Assembly: GCA_964655905.1 (NCBI GenBank)
Contig: CAZZPB010000021.1
Coordinates: 1-26,668, forward strand
Direction: 5' to 3'
DNA length: 26,668 nucleotides
Origin: an uncultured Candidatus Peribacteria bacterium
GTDB taxonomy: Bacteria > Patescibacteriota > Gracilibacteria > UBA1369
Numbering within the stretch: position 1 is the stretch's first letter; each line of letters opens with the position of its first letter. Shown piece after piece: positions 1-7,432 of the stretch. The notes under the pieces were generated by a model. It saw nothing but the letters and a program-made list of their open reading frames with translations, was not told the origin of the DNA and did not search any database. A program made the translations under genes and the position numbers.

Positions 1-9
1 GTTGGATGA
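1..9 (+). CDS. sufB: Probable extreme 3' end of sufB (…V-G-stop), gene lies upstream of the window
   Basis: 1-11 (gttggatgaat) is identical to 232-242, which ends a SufB-like C-terminus. Position directly upstream of sufD fits the sufCBDSU order. Only 3 codons are visible. Confidence 0.45.
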   Translation, partial: VG

Positions 10-80
10 ATGTGTTATCAACTTTATATGAAAACCGCAAACACAAATATTATTGCAAGAAAAGCTACAAAAACCTGCAT

Positions 81-190
81 CAAGCCTAAGAGTGGGTCTT
101 GTGGGTTCCCGCTCTTAGGCTTGCGAAGGGGAAAGGGGCCCCCGCGAAAGCGGGGGTACCTGGGGAAAACCGTAGGTTGCCCCCAGAAGA
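81..190 (-). mobile_element. Three-hairpin element E1 (homologous to E2 at 2484-2593, opposite orientation)
   Basis: Reverse complement aligns with E2: ttc(t/c)gggggcaacctacggttt, linker gcccc(t/c)ttccccttc, loop gggaacccac(a/g)agaccc. Hairpins: 81-96/108-123, 139-145/150-156, 160-186. Confidence 0.7.
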
Positions 191-192
191 AA

Positions 193-240
193 GAAATGAA
201 CCGTTTGATTGCGATGGAAATGACGGGGTCTGTTGGATGA
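193..240 (+). pseudogene. Copy of the last 15 codons of sufB (EMNRLIAMEMTGSVG*)
   Basis: The translation matches the conserved SufB C-terminus (…E-x-NRLI-x-x-EM-x-GSVG*). It is cut off from the rest of the gene by E1. Confidence 0.7.
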
Positions 241-241
241 A

Positions 242-269
242 TTAACAATTAATAATTAACAATTAATAA
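242..269. repeat. 14-bp tandem duplication (ttaacaattaataa x2) in the sufD leader
   Basis: Exact copies at 242-255 and 256-269. Confidence 0.9.
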
Positions 270-271
270 TT

Positions 272-916
272 ATGGATCCGGGCGCACTTAATAAAATAAC
301 TTTTCCAAAAGATAAAACAATTTTTGCCACAGGGTTCGAGAGTGCCAATATTTGCCTTGAAGAAGGGGTAAAATTGACTTTTATTTTGATCGCTACCGAT
401 GGGTTCCAGAGACCTGAAAAAGTCACTTTTGAACTTAAAGGCGCAGGGGCGCAGTTACAGTTTTTGGCCTTTATTGTGGGCAGAAAAGAAAAAATATTTC
501 CCTTTGAAACAGTTTCTCTGCATACGGCTCCAAATACAAAAGCCCATTATACTGTTAAAGCGGTCATGTTTGACCATTCGCAGGTTGATTACAAAGGCAA
601 CATTGTCATTGAAAAATCGGCGCAAATGACAGACAGCTATTTGTCACATCACACATTGCTGATGAGCGAACATGCAAGGGCAAAGTCCATTCCTGCTCTG
701 GAAATTTTAGCTGATGATGTGAAAGCTGGACATGCGGCTACAATCGGCAAAGTGGATGAAGAAATGATGTTTTATTTGAAGAGTCGCGGCATTGAAGAAT
801 GTGAAGCTGAACAAATGCTGGTGAATGGCTTTTTTGAAGGCCAATTAGCCATGATTATGGATGAAAACTTGCGTGAACGGGCTAGAAAAGCTATCATTGG
901 CTCTCTTATAACATAA
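272..916 (+). CDS. sufD: Fe-S cluster assembly protein SufD (short SufBD-family form)
   Basis: SIPALEILADDVKAGHAATIGKVDEEMMFYLKSRGI…LVNGF motif, within a suf operon. Confidence 0.9.
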   Translation: MDPGALNKITFPKDKTIFATGFESANICLEEGVKLTFILIATDGFQRPEKVTFELKGAGAQLQFLAFIVGRKEKIFPFETVSLHTAPNTKAHYTVKAVMFDHSQVDYKGNIVIEKSAQMTDSYLSHHTLLMSEHARAKSIPALEILADDVKAGHAATIGKVDEEMMFYLKSRGIEECEAEQMLVNGFFEGQLAMIMDENLRERARKAIIGSLIT

Positions 917-927
917 TATTTATTTTT

Positions 928-1092
928 ATGAACGATCAAAGTACTCAATGTGCCTGCGGTAAAGGCGAAACCGGTGCTTGTTGCGGAAAGAACGAATCCT
1001 GCGCCTGCGGCAAACAGGAAAGCTGCGGTTGCGATAGGAAGGAAAATGCTTGTAATTGTGGAAGTGAGGATGGCGGAGGTTGTTGCGGGTAA
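928..1092 (+). CDS. 54-aa Cys/Gly-rich metallothionein-like protein (absent from the ORF track)
   Basis: Hand translation: MNDQSTQCACGKGETGACCGKNESCACGKQESCGCDRKENACNCGSEDGGGCCG*. 12 Cys, all in CxC or CC pairs. ATG is 11 nt after the sufD stop, behind an AT-rich leader. Confidence 0.85.
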   Translation: MNDQSTQCACGKGETGACCGKNESCACGKQESCGCDRKENACNCGSEDGGGCCG

Positions 1093-1098
1093 TTTTGG

Positions 1099-1161
1099 TC
1101 CCCGCTTTCGCGGGGATGACACCTGGCTTTCGCGGGGATGACACCTGGCTTTCGTGGGGAT
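1099..1161. repeat. REP-like hairpin followed by a 22-bp tandem repeat x2.6
   Basis: Hairpin tccccgc-tttc-gcgggga at 1099-1116. Unit gctttcgcggggatgacacctg at 1104-1125 and 1126-1147, partial at 1148-1161. Confidence 0.85.
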
Positions 1162-1186
1162 CGGGTAAAAATAAAATAACTCCGTC

Positions 1187-1210
1187 TGTCATTCCCGCGC
1201 AGGCGGGAAT
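1187..1210 (+). repeat. TGTCAT-type REP with ATTCCC-N8-GGGAAT core (same pattern as Neisseria dRS3)
   Basis: tgtc-attccc-gcgcaggc-gggaat. Confidence 0.75.
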
Positions 1211-1227
1211 TAACTTTTTCTAAAATA

Positions 1228-2586
1228 ATGGATGTTAAGTCAGTGAAAAAAGATTTTCCAATCTTTGAGCGGCAAATCAACGGGCGGCCGCTGGTATACC
1301 TTGATTCCGCTTCCACAAGCCAAAAACCAAGGGTCGTGCTTGAAGCGCTGCAGCACTACTACACCACGATGAACGCCAACATCCACCGCGGCATCCACAC
1401 CATGGCGGAAGAAGCGACTCTGGCTTATGAAAGCGTACGGGAACACGTAGCGCGCTTCATCAACGCACGCACATCATCTGAAATTATTTTTACCCGCAAT
1501 ACGACTGAAGCCATCAATTTAGTGGCTTACAGCTGGGGAGAACACAACCTGAATGAAGGCGATGAAATTGTGGTGAGCATTTTGGAACACCATTCGAATT
1601 TTGTGCCGTGGCAGCAGCTTTGCAAAAGAAAAAAAGCTGTTTTTCGCGTCATGCCCGTTGATGAAAACGGCTTGATTCAGCCCAATACTCTTGAGAAGTA
1701 CATCACAAAAAAAACAAAACTTGTGGCCATCACGCAGATGTCCAATGTTCTTGGCACAATTATTCCTCTGGAGCCAATAATAAAGGCGGCTCACCAGAAT
1801 GGCGCGATTGTGCTCGTTGACGGCGCCCAGAGCGTGCCGCACATGGGCGTGGATGTGCAAAAACTGGACTGTGATTTTTTGGCTTTCTCAGGCCATAAAA
1901 TGTTTGGCCCGACAGGCGTTGGCGTTCTCTATGGCAAAAAAGCCCTTTTGGAAGCCATGCCGCCATTTTTGTTTGGAGGAGATATGATTAAAGAGGTTCA
2001 TGTAGCCGAAACTACCTGGAATGATATTCCATGGAAATTTGAGGCAGGAACTCCAAATATTGCCGATGTTATCGCTTTTGGAAAGGCTCTGGAATATTTC
2101 AACGACATTGGCATTGAAAATATTTCCCGCCATGAACAGCATTTATTGGCTTATGCTAGGGAAAAACTCGCCATGCTGCCGGGAATAATTTTTTACGGTC
2201 CACAAAATCACGGTATGTCGGGCGGCATTCTTTCATTTAATATTCCAACCGTTCACGCGCATGATGTGGCAGCCATTTTGAACGAGGAAGGCATTGCCAT
2301 TCGCGCCGGCCATCATTGCGCGCAGCCGCTGATGGAAGCGCTTAAGGTAGCGGCCACCGCCCGTTTGAGTTTTTATGTGTATAATGACGAAGCTGACATT
2401 GATCGCACGTTCGAAGCTCTTAAAAAGGTTTATAATATTTTCAAGCCAGAAAAACATGGACATCTACGGCGAAATAATCCTTGTTCCGGGGGCAACCTAC
2501 GGTTTCCCCCGGGCACTCCTCGGCAAGCCTCGGAGCCCCCTTCCCCTTCACATATTTTCAACCGGGAACCCACGAGACCCGCTTGA
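1228..2586 (+). CDS. sufS: Cysteine desulfurase SufS with an ~46-aa element-derived C-terminal extension
   Basis: YLDSAST, DGAQS, FSGHKMFGPTGVG (PLP lysine) and IRAGHHCAQP (catalytic Cys). The SufS-like sequence ends near KKVYNIFK (~2445), and the ORF continues through E2. Confidence 0.95.
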   Translation: MDVKSVKKDFPIFERQINGRPLVYLDSASTSQKPRVVLEALQHYYTTMNANIHRGIHTMAEEATLAYESVREHVARFINARTSSEIIFTRNTTEAINLVAYSWGEHNLNEGDEIVVSILEHHSNFVPWQQLCKRKKAVFRVMPVDENGLIQPNTLEKYITKKTKLVAITQMSNVLGTIIPLEPIIKAAHQNGAIVLVDGAQSVPHMGVDVQKLDCDFLAFSGHKMFGPTGVGVLYGKKALLEAMPPFLFGGDMIKEVHVAETTWNDIPWKFEAGTPNIADVIAFGKALEYFNDIGIENISRHEQHLLAYAREKLAMLPGIIFYGPQNHGMSGGILSFNIPTVHAHDVAAILNEEGIAIRAGHHCAQPLMEALKVAATARLSFYVYNDEADIDRTFEALKKVYNIFKPEKHGHLRRNNPCSGGNLRFPPGTPRQASEPPSPSHIFNREPTRPA

Positions 2587-2650
2587 AAATATGGCATATG
2601 TTCCATTATATTTTCTACTTTCAGCACATGGACATCTACGGCGAAATAAT
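2454..2650 (+). repeat. 25-bp exact direct repeat of the sufU start flanking E2
   Basis: acatggacatctacggcgaaataat at 2454-2478 and 2626-2650. It may extend left to atattttc (2435/2608) with divergence. Confidence 0.9.
2479..2625 (+). mobile_element. Three-hairpin element E2 inserted at the sufS/sufU junction
   Basis: 147 bp between the direct repeats. Hairpins: 2486-2512, ~2511-2538, and 2551-2566/2578-2593. Homologous to E1. Confidence 0.75.
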
Positions 2651-3002
2651 TCTCGACCATTACCGCAACCCGCACCATTACGGACGGCTTGAAAAAGCCA
2701 CTTTATCGGCAAAAGATGTAAATCCGCTCTGCGGGGACAGCATACAGATTGATTTGCTGATTGACGGCAACAACACAATTCAAGACATTGCTTTTACGGC
2801 TCAGGGCTGCGCCATAAGCCAGGCCAGCGCTTCCATGCTTAGTGACATTCTCATCGGAAAATCACTCAAGTTCGCAGCGCAAATATGCAGTGAAGATATT
2901 TACGAAATGGTGGGAGTGCCGCTATCGCCGGCGCGCATTAAATGCGCGCTTTTAGGCTTATCTGCAATAAAAAAAGCAATAACGCTGCAGTATGTTTCTT
3001 GA
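2628..3002 (+). CDS. sufU: SufU/IscU-family Fe-S scaffold or sulfur-transfer protein
   Basis: MDIYGEIILDHYRNP start, NPLCGD, GCAISQASAS, RIKCAL. The listed 2481 start lies inside E2 and is unlikely. Confidence 0.9.
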   Translation: MDIYGEIILDHYRNPHHYGRLEKATLSAKDVNPLCGDSIQIDLLIDGNNTIQDIAFTAQGCAISQASASMLSDILIGKSLKFAAQICSEDIYEMVGVPLSPARIKCALLGLSAIKKAITLQYVS

Positions 3003-3006
3003 ATTT

Positions 3007-3330
3007 ATGCCCCATCAAACCCACAAATTTGACCAGAGCAATCCCTACCATGCCATTTTAAACGAGGTGATTGACCCCGAAGCCGGTGTTGGCATCGTTG
3101 ATATGGGGCTTATTTACGATGTAAGTGAAGAAAATGGCATTGTAAAAGTTACAATGACGCTTACTTCAATGGGCTGCCCTGCCGGACCGCAGCTAACCAC
3201 GGATATTGATGATATCCTGCGCCTGCAGCCCCACGTTAAAGATGTTGAAATTGAAGTCGTGTGGGACCCGCCGTGGACTCCGGATCAAATGAATCCGGAG
3301 ATTAGACAGATGCTGTTTGGCGGATTATAA
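3007..3330 (+). CDS. sufT: DUF59/SufT (PaaD-like) Fe-S maturation protein
   Basis: VIDPEAGVGIVDMGLIYDV, MTLTSMGCPAG, VWDPPWTPD. The start could alternatively be 2992. Confidence 0.88.
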   Translation: MPHQTHKFDQSNPYHAILNEVIDPEAGVGIVDMGLIYDVSEENGIVKVTMTLTSMGCPAGPQLTTDIDDILRLQPHVKDVEIEVVWDPPWTPDQMNPEIRQMLFGGL

Positions 3331-3436
3331 ACCTATAAAAATGCCCGCATATCCGTGCCATATTAAAAAAGCTCCCCACAAAAGATCGCCAGGAAAGCTA
3401 TTTTAGAGGAATACCAGGATGGAATTACCATCAGTA

Positions 3437-3976
3437 TTATAACAAACTATTAATTTTTTCATAAATCAGAAAATTCAGTTCAATGCCGGAGTCTACCGCA
3501 GCTGGACTTTCATTTATAAGTTTAAATTTTTTGGGATCAATCTGCGGAAAAAATGTATCACAGTCAAAAATATGGTTTATTTGAGTAAGATAAATTTTTT
3601 GGCAGAATGGATGATTTATGGCTTGTTTAAAGACTTCTCCGCCGCCAATGACAAAAACATTTTCAATGTCGGCAGTCACAGCAAGATGCCCTAATGCTGC
3701 ATCAAGAGAAAAAAATAAAAGCACATTTTTTGGAAGATCCAGATGTGAATTATGGCTTAAAACAACATTTAACCGGTTTTTGAGCGGACGGCGGGATTCT
3801 GGAATAGACTCAAACGTTTTTCTGCCCATCATGACAGCATTTTTCTTTTGAGGATTATGAACGGTTGTTGTAATACTCGCGAAATACTTGAGATCCGCAG
3901 GCAGATGCCATGGAATAGCATTATTTTTACCGATGCCAAAATGTTTATCAACGGCGACAATAATGGAAAAATTCAT
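3437..3976 (-). CDS. folA: Dihydrofolate reductase
   Basis: [45 protein letters not shown]. Confidence 0.97.
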   Translation of the reverse strand: MNFSIIVAVDKHFGIGKNNAIPWHLPADLKYFASITTTVHNPQKKNAVMMGRKTFESIPESRRPLKNRLNVVLSHNSHLDLPKNVLLFFSLDAALGHLAVTADIENVFVIGGGEVFKQAINHPFCQKIYLTQINHIFDCDTFFPQIDPKKFKLINESPAAVDSGIELNFLIYEKINSLL

Positions 3977-4788
3977 ACAGCGACGTCAAATTTAATAAAA
4001 GGATGGTGCTGATAGTTTTGGAGCTCAAAATCCTCATATTTTAGCTCATGGAAGGGTTTTTTTGTTATTTTGAGAATTGGGAGAGAATAAGGTTTGCGTT
4101 CCATCTGTTTTTTGAGGCCTTCAATGTGATTTAAATAAATATGGGCATCACCAAGAGTATGTGTAAAAATGCCGGGCTGCAAGCCACATTCCTGTGCTAT
4201 CATCATTAACAAAGTCGCGTAACTTGCGATGTTAAAAGGCACTCCCAGGGCGATGTCGGCGCTGCGCTGGTACAACTGCAAATCCAGCCTTCCATCCACG
4301 ACATAACACTGAAAAAGCAGGTGGCAGGGCGGCAACTTCATGCGGTCAAGGTCGGCAACATTCCACGCGCTCACGATTAAACGCCTGCTGTCCGGATTTT
4401 TTTTGATGCCATCAATAAGATTTTGAATTTGATCAATGTAATGGACATCATACTGTTTTTCTTGCTCATTCCAGGCGTATTTGTTCCATTTACGCCACTG
4501 GTAGCCGTAAATGGGTCCCAAGTCCCCTTTTTCATCAGCCCAGGCGTTCCAGATCGGCGTATGTTCAGCCAGATCATCATTAATATTTGTTGAACCGCGT
4601 AAAAACCACAACAATTCATATAAAACGCCGTCGTAGCGGATTTTTTTTGTTGTCAGCAGCGGGAATCCTTTCCTCAAATCATATTTTCGCTGTGCGCCAA
4701 AAATTGAGATCGTTCCAACGCCCGTGCGGTCTTTTTTTGTGATGCCGTTGCTTAAAACTTCCTGAACGAGACTAAGATACTGTTGCAT
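3973..4788 (-). CDS. thyA: Thymidylate synthase
   Basis: [47 protein letters not shown]. 4-bp overlap with folA. Confidence 0.98.
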   Translation of the reverse strand: MQQYLSLVQEVLSNGITKKDRTGVGTISIFGAQRKYDLRKGFPLLTTKKIRYDGVLYELLWFLRGSTNINDDLAEHTPIWNAWADEKGDLGPIYGYQWRKWNKYAWNEQEKQYDVHYIDQIQNLIDGIKKNPDSRRLIVSAWNVADLDRMKLPPCHLLFQCYVVDGRLDLQLYQRSADIALGVPFNIASYATLLMMIAQECGLQPGIFTHTLGDAHIYLNHIEGLKKQMERKPYSLPILKITKKPFHELKYEDFELQNYQHHPFIKFDVAV

Positions 4789-4890
4789 GATTTTTGTTTA
4801 TTAATTCCGTTTTCATTGTATGAGAAAAATCTTGAAATGCAAATTGCGCTTTTTTATGCTACAATTAAAGGATAAATTTATTTATTTATT

Positions 4891-5478
4891 ATGAGCAACA
4901 ATCCTGAACAATCAGCCACTAAAGAGCGTGAATTCACATCCAGTGAAATTAATGATCGATATGAAGAATCTCTACGTGGTGTGGACTCAGAAACACAATC
5001 TTTTGTTAACAAAGTTGAAAACACACCAGAATGGAAAGCCTGGGTGGAAAAAGATTTGAAGATATTTTTACATAGTGAAGTTAAAAATAATGGAGCCGTT
5101 GCTAAAAGAACATTGAAAGACTTTGTAGAACGTTTGAAACTTGCATGGGACAGCGCTAAAACTGAAGAAAAAGAAGCGGCGCGGGCAAGGTGGCAAATTG
5201 CGGAAACAATTTTAGGTTTGCTGTTTCCTAAGGAAGGCATAACCGCTCCAGCGCAAGAGCAGGAGAAGACCGCCGTCCCCCTCTCGCGCAATGAACGGAT
5301 GGCTATGGGCGCCATTACAGGAATTGGAAGATGTGTCCGTGATGCGGTTTATAAGGTTTTAGAATGGACGGGTTTACGAAAAAGGCGCCACAAAACAGAA
5401 CCTGCGGCGGCAACGCCTTCCAATGTTGTTCCGTTACGTGGGGCAGAAAAACCGCCTGATGAACGTTTAGCCGCTTAA
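4891..5478 (+). CDS. Hypothetical charged, probably helical protein
   Basis: 195-aa ORF preceded by an extended -10 (TGcTACAAT, 4857-4865). No family recognised. Confidence 0.7.
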   Translation: MSNNPEQSATKEREFTSSEINDRYEESLRGVDSETQSFVNKVENTPEWKAWVEKDLKIFLHSEVKNNGAVAKRTLKDFVERLKLAWDSAKTEEKEAARARWQIAETILGLLFPKEGITAPAQEQEKTAVPLSRNERMAMGAITGIGRCVRDAVYKVLEWTGLRKRRHKTEPAAATPSNVVPLRGAEKPPDERLAA

Positions 5479-5506
5479 GTTTTGGATCTAGCAATACGAT
5501 CTCTCA

Positions 5507-5724
5507 AAAAACGCGCAACACAAACTTTAGGCCTATGTATGATTTTCGAATGGAATCAGCTTTCCATTGATCTATAAGCCATTATTGCTTAATCCATTTT
5601 GTCTTCGCCTTTATGACATTCATTAGAAGACAACCTTCAGATCTCAAACCCACTACCAAGCCTTTAAATCGTACGACCGCAGATACATTATCACTATTTT
5701 ATGAAAACTTTCTAAATTATTTCT
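5507..5724 (-). ncRNA. Candidate structured RNA, copy 1 (RNA ~5680 to 5506, promoter-like region 5687-5716)
   Basis: Homologous to 22973-23172, including an 18-bp exact block tcattagaagacaacctt. Stems pair through G-U only on the minus strand. Ends in a U-tract. Confidence 0.6.
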
Positions 5725-5786
5725 GAATTTTTCAAACTATTTGCCACAAGCCCTTAATTTTTTATTTTTTATGTTATTATATCCGC

Positions 5787-6398
5787 ATGAAACTTATGAA
5801 ATTCTTTTTATTTGGCCTTATTTTTGTCAGTATTTTTGCTGGGTGTATTCAAAAAAAACCTGCACCACCGCAATCTCCTAGCAAAAAGATATCACCCGCT
5901 GCCGGCCAATCGCCCGCTCAGCAAAAACCACCAGCGAAAACAGACGGCAAATCCATAGTAACCCGCCTTCCAGCCATGCTTATAAGGATCGTCGACGGAG
6001 ATACGTTGGAGGTTTCTTTGGATAATATTGCAGAAAAAGTGAGACTTCTTGGCATCAATAGCCCTGAAACCGTTGATCCCAGGCAGCCTGTGCAATGTTT
6101 TGGCCATGAAGCCGCGCAGTATTTAAAAACCTTGTTGCCTGGAAAAAATATTTTTCTTCAAAAAGATTCGTATGCTTCGGATCGTGATCAGTATGGGCGG
6201 CTTTTACGTTATGTCTATAATGAACAAAATCTTTTTGTTAATGTGGAAATGGTCAAAAATGGCTATGCGTTGGCTTATACTCCGGGTGCATTAGAACATT
6301 TTAGTGATTTTCGATATTACGAAAAAATTGCGCGTGATGCCAATCTTGGCCTTTGGAACGCGAATACCTGCCCATATAAATCGAACTATGGAAAATAA
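5787..6398 (+). CDS. Thermonuclease (SNase) family lipoprotein
   Basis: Lipobox IFAGC, IVDGDTL, VRLLGINSPE, DRDQYGRLLRYVY, VNVEMVKNGYA, GLW. Confidence 0.93.
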   Translation: MKLMKFFLFGLIFVSIFAGCIQKKPAPPQSPSKKISPAAGQSPAQQKPPAKTDGKSIVTRLPAMLIRIVDGDTLEVSLDNIAEKVRLLGINSPETVDPRQPVQCFGHEAAQYLKTLLPGKNIFLQKDSYASDRDQYGRLLRYVYNEQNLFVNVEMVKNGYALAYTPGALEHFSDFRYYEKIARDANLGLWNANTCPYKSNYGK

Positions 6399-7338
6399 AA
6401 ATATCTATGATCTTGTGATTATTGGAGCGGGTTGCGCTGGGGCAAGCGGCGCCATGTATGCCGCGCGCATGAATTTAAAAACGGTAATGATCGCTGAATT
6501 GCCCGGCGGACTCATAACAACAACTCATCTTGTTGAAAACTGGCCCGGGATCAAAAACATATCAGGACCAGACCTGGGAAGCGCTTTAGTTGACCATGCC
6601 GTATCATTTGGCGTCCCTTTGGTGAACGAACGCGTAATTGAAGTAAAAAAAGCCATTCCAGCTCCACCTGCGGAAAAACAAAGCGGATACATCGTAAAAA
6701 CGGCTTCCAACACCTATTATGCAAAGACCGTTCTTTTCGCGACAGGCACAAAACACAAAACGCTGGACGTGCCGGGCGAAAAAGAATTTACCAATAAAGG
6801 CCTTTCATACTGCGCCCTTTGCGACGGCGCCTTTTTTAAGGGTAAAACGGTTGCCGTGGTGGGCAGCGGCGATTCCGCGGCTAAAGAAGCGCTTTTATTA
6901 AGCGAATATTGTCCAAAAGTGTATATTTTTGTCCGCAAAGATAAGCTGAAAGCGGAACCTGTGAATTTTGACCGCGTGATCGCAAAAGGCATGGATAAAA
7001 TCGAAATACGGTATCGCACTGAAATCAAAGAAATTTTTGGCACAAAAAGCGTGGAAAAAGTTCTTTTGAACACAGGGGAAGAAATGGCTTTACAGGGCAT
7101 TTTTGTTGCCATCGGCCACACTGCTCTTTCAGAATTGGCGGGCCAATTGGGCGTAACATTAAATGACAACGGTGAAATTATCATTAACCGCAAGTCCCAG
7201 ACAAATCTATCCGGTGTTTTTGGCGCCGGCGACGTGTGCGATACTCCTTTTAAGCAGGCCATTACTGGCGCAGCGGAGGCCGTATCCGCCGCCTATTTCG
7301 CCTTTGACTATATTGGTAAAAACGATGTGGCGTTTTAG
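6388..7338 (+). CDS. trxB: Thioredoxin reductase
   Basis: IIGAGCAG, YCALCDG (CxxC), VVGSGDSA, VFGAGDV…KQAITGA. Start reassigned to MENK at 6388. Confidence 0.93.
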   Translation: MENKNIYDLVIIGAGCAGASGAMYAARMNLKTVMIAELPGGLITTTHLVENWPGIKNISGPDLGSALVDHAVSFGVPLVNERVIEVKKAIPAPPAEKQSGYIVKTASNTYYAKTVLFATGTKHKTLDVPGEKEFTNKGLSYCALCDGAFFKGKTVAVVGSGDSAAKEALLLSEYCPKVYIFVRKDKLKAEPVNFDRVIAKGMDKIEIRYRTEIKEIFGTKSVEKVLLNTGEEMALQGIFVAIGHTALSELAGQLGVTLNDNGEIIINRKSQTNLSGVFGAGDVCDTPFKQAITGAAEAVSAAYFAFDYIGKNDVAF

Positions 7339-7432
7339 TGACGAAATCTTGATGTAGTTGTCGTACCGGAAACGAATCCGGACGTGGCTGGTTTCGTTTA
7401 TAAAATATTCACACAGAAAAAACAGGCATCCG

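Noticed and set aside
10-248. ORFs 10..240 (+) and 24..248 (-) as genes
   Set aside because: Both run through element E1. Only the last 15 codons of the plus ORF look like protein (SufB tail). The GQPTV similarity to the 2481 ORF simply reflects the shared element.
1104-1161. Possible CRISPR array
   Set aside because: 22-bp units are directly adjacent with no spacers, and no cas genes are present. The 25738-25788 pair also has only a 7-bp gap.
772-1316. ORFs 950..1141, 772..1122, 926..1192, 945..1316
   Set aside because: Shadow frames of the Cys-rich ORF 928-1092 and of the REP repeats, with no recognisable motifs.
2479-2625. E2 as a group I/II intron or known riboswitch
   Set aside because: No GUGCG 5' end, domain V, or P7 core is seen. 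It is too short and is flanked by direct repeats.
5507-5724. Assignment to c-di-GMP-I/II, T-box, hammerhead, SRP, tmRNA or RNase P
   Set aside because: Partial look-alikes (GGCCUAA, CUAAUGA…GAA) lack the other required core elements by eye. A covariance-model search is needed.
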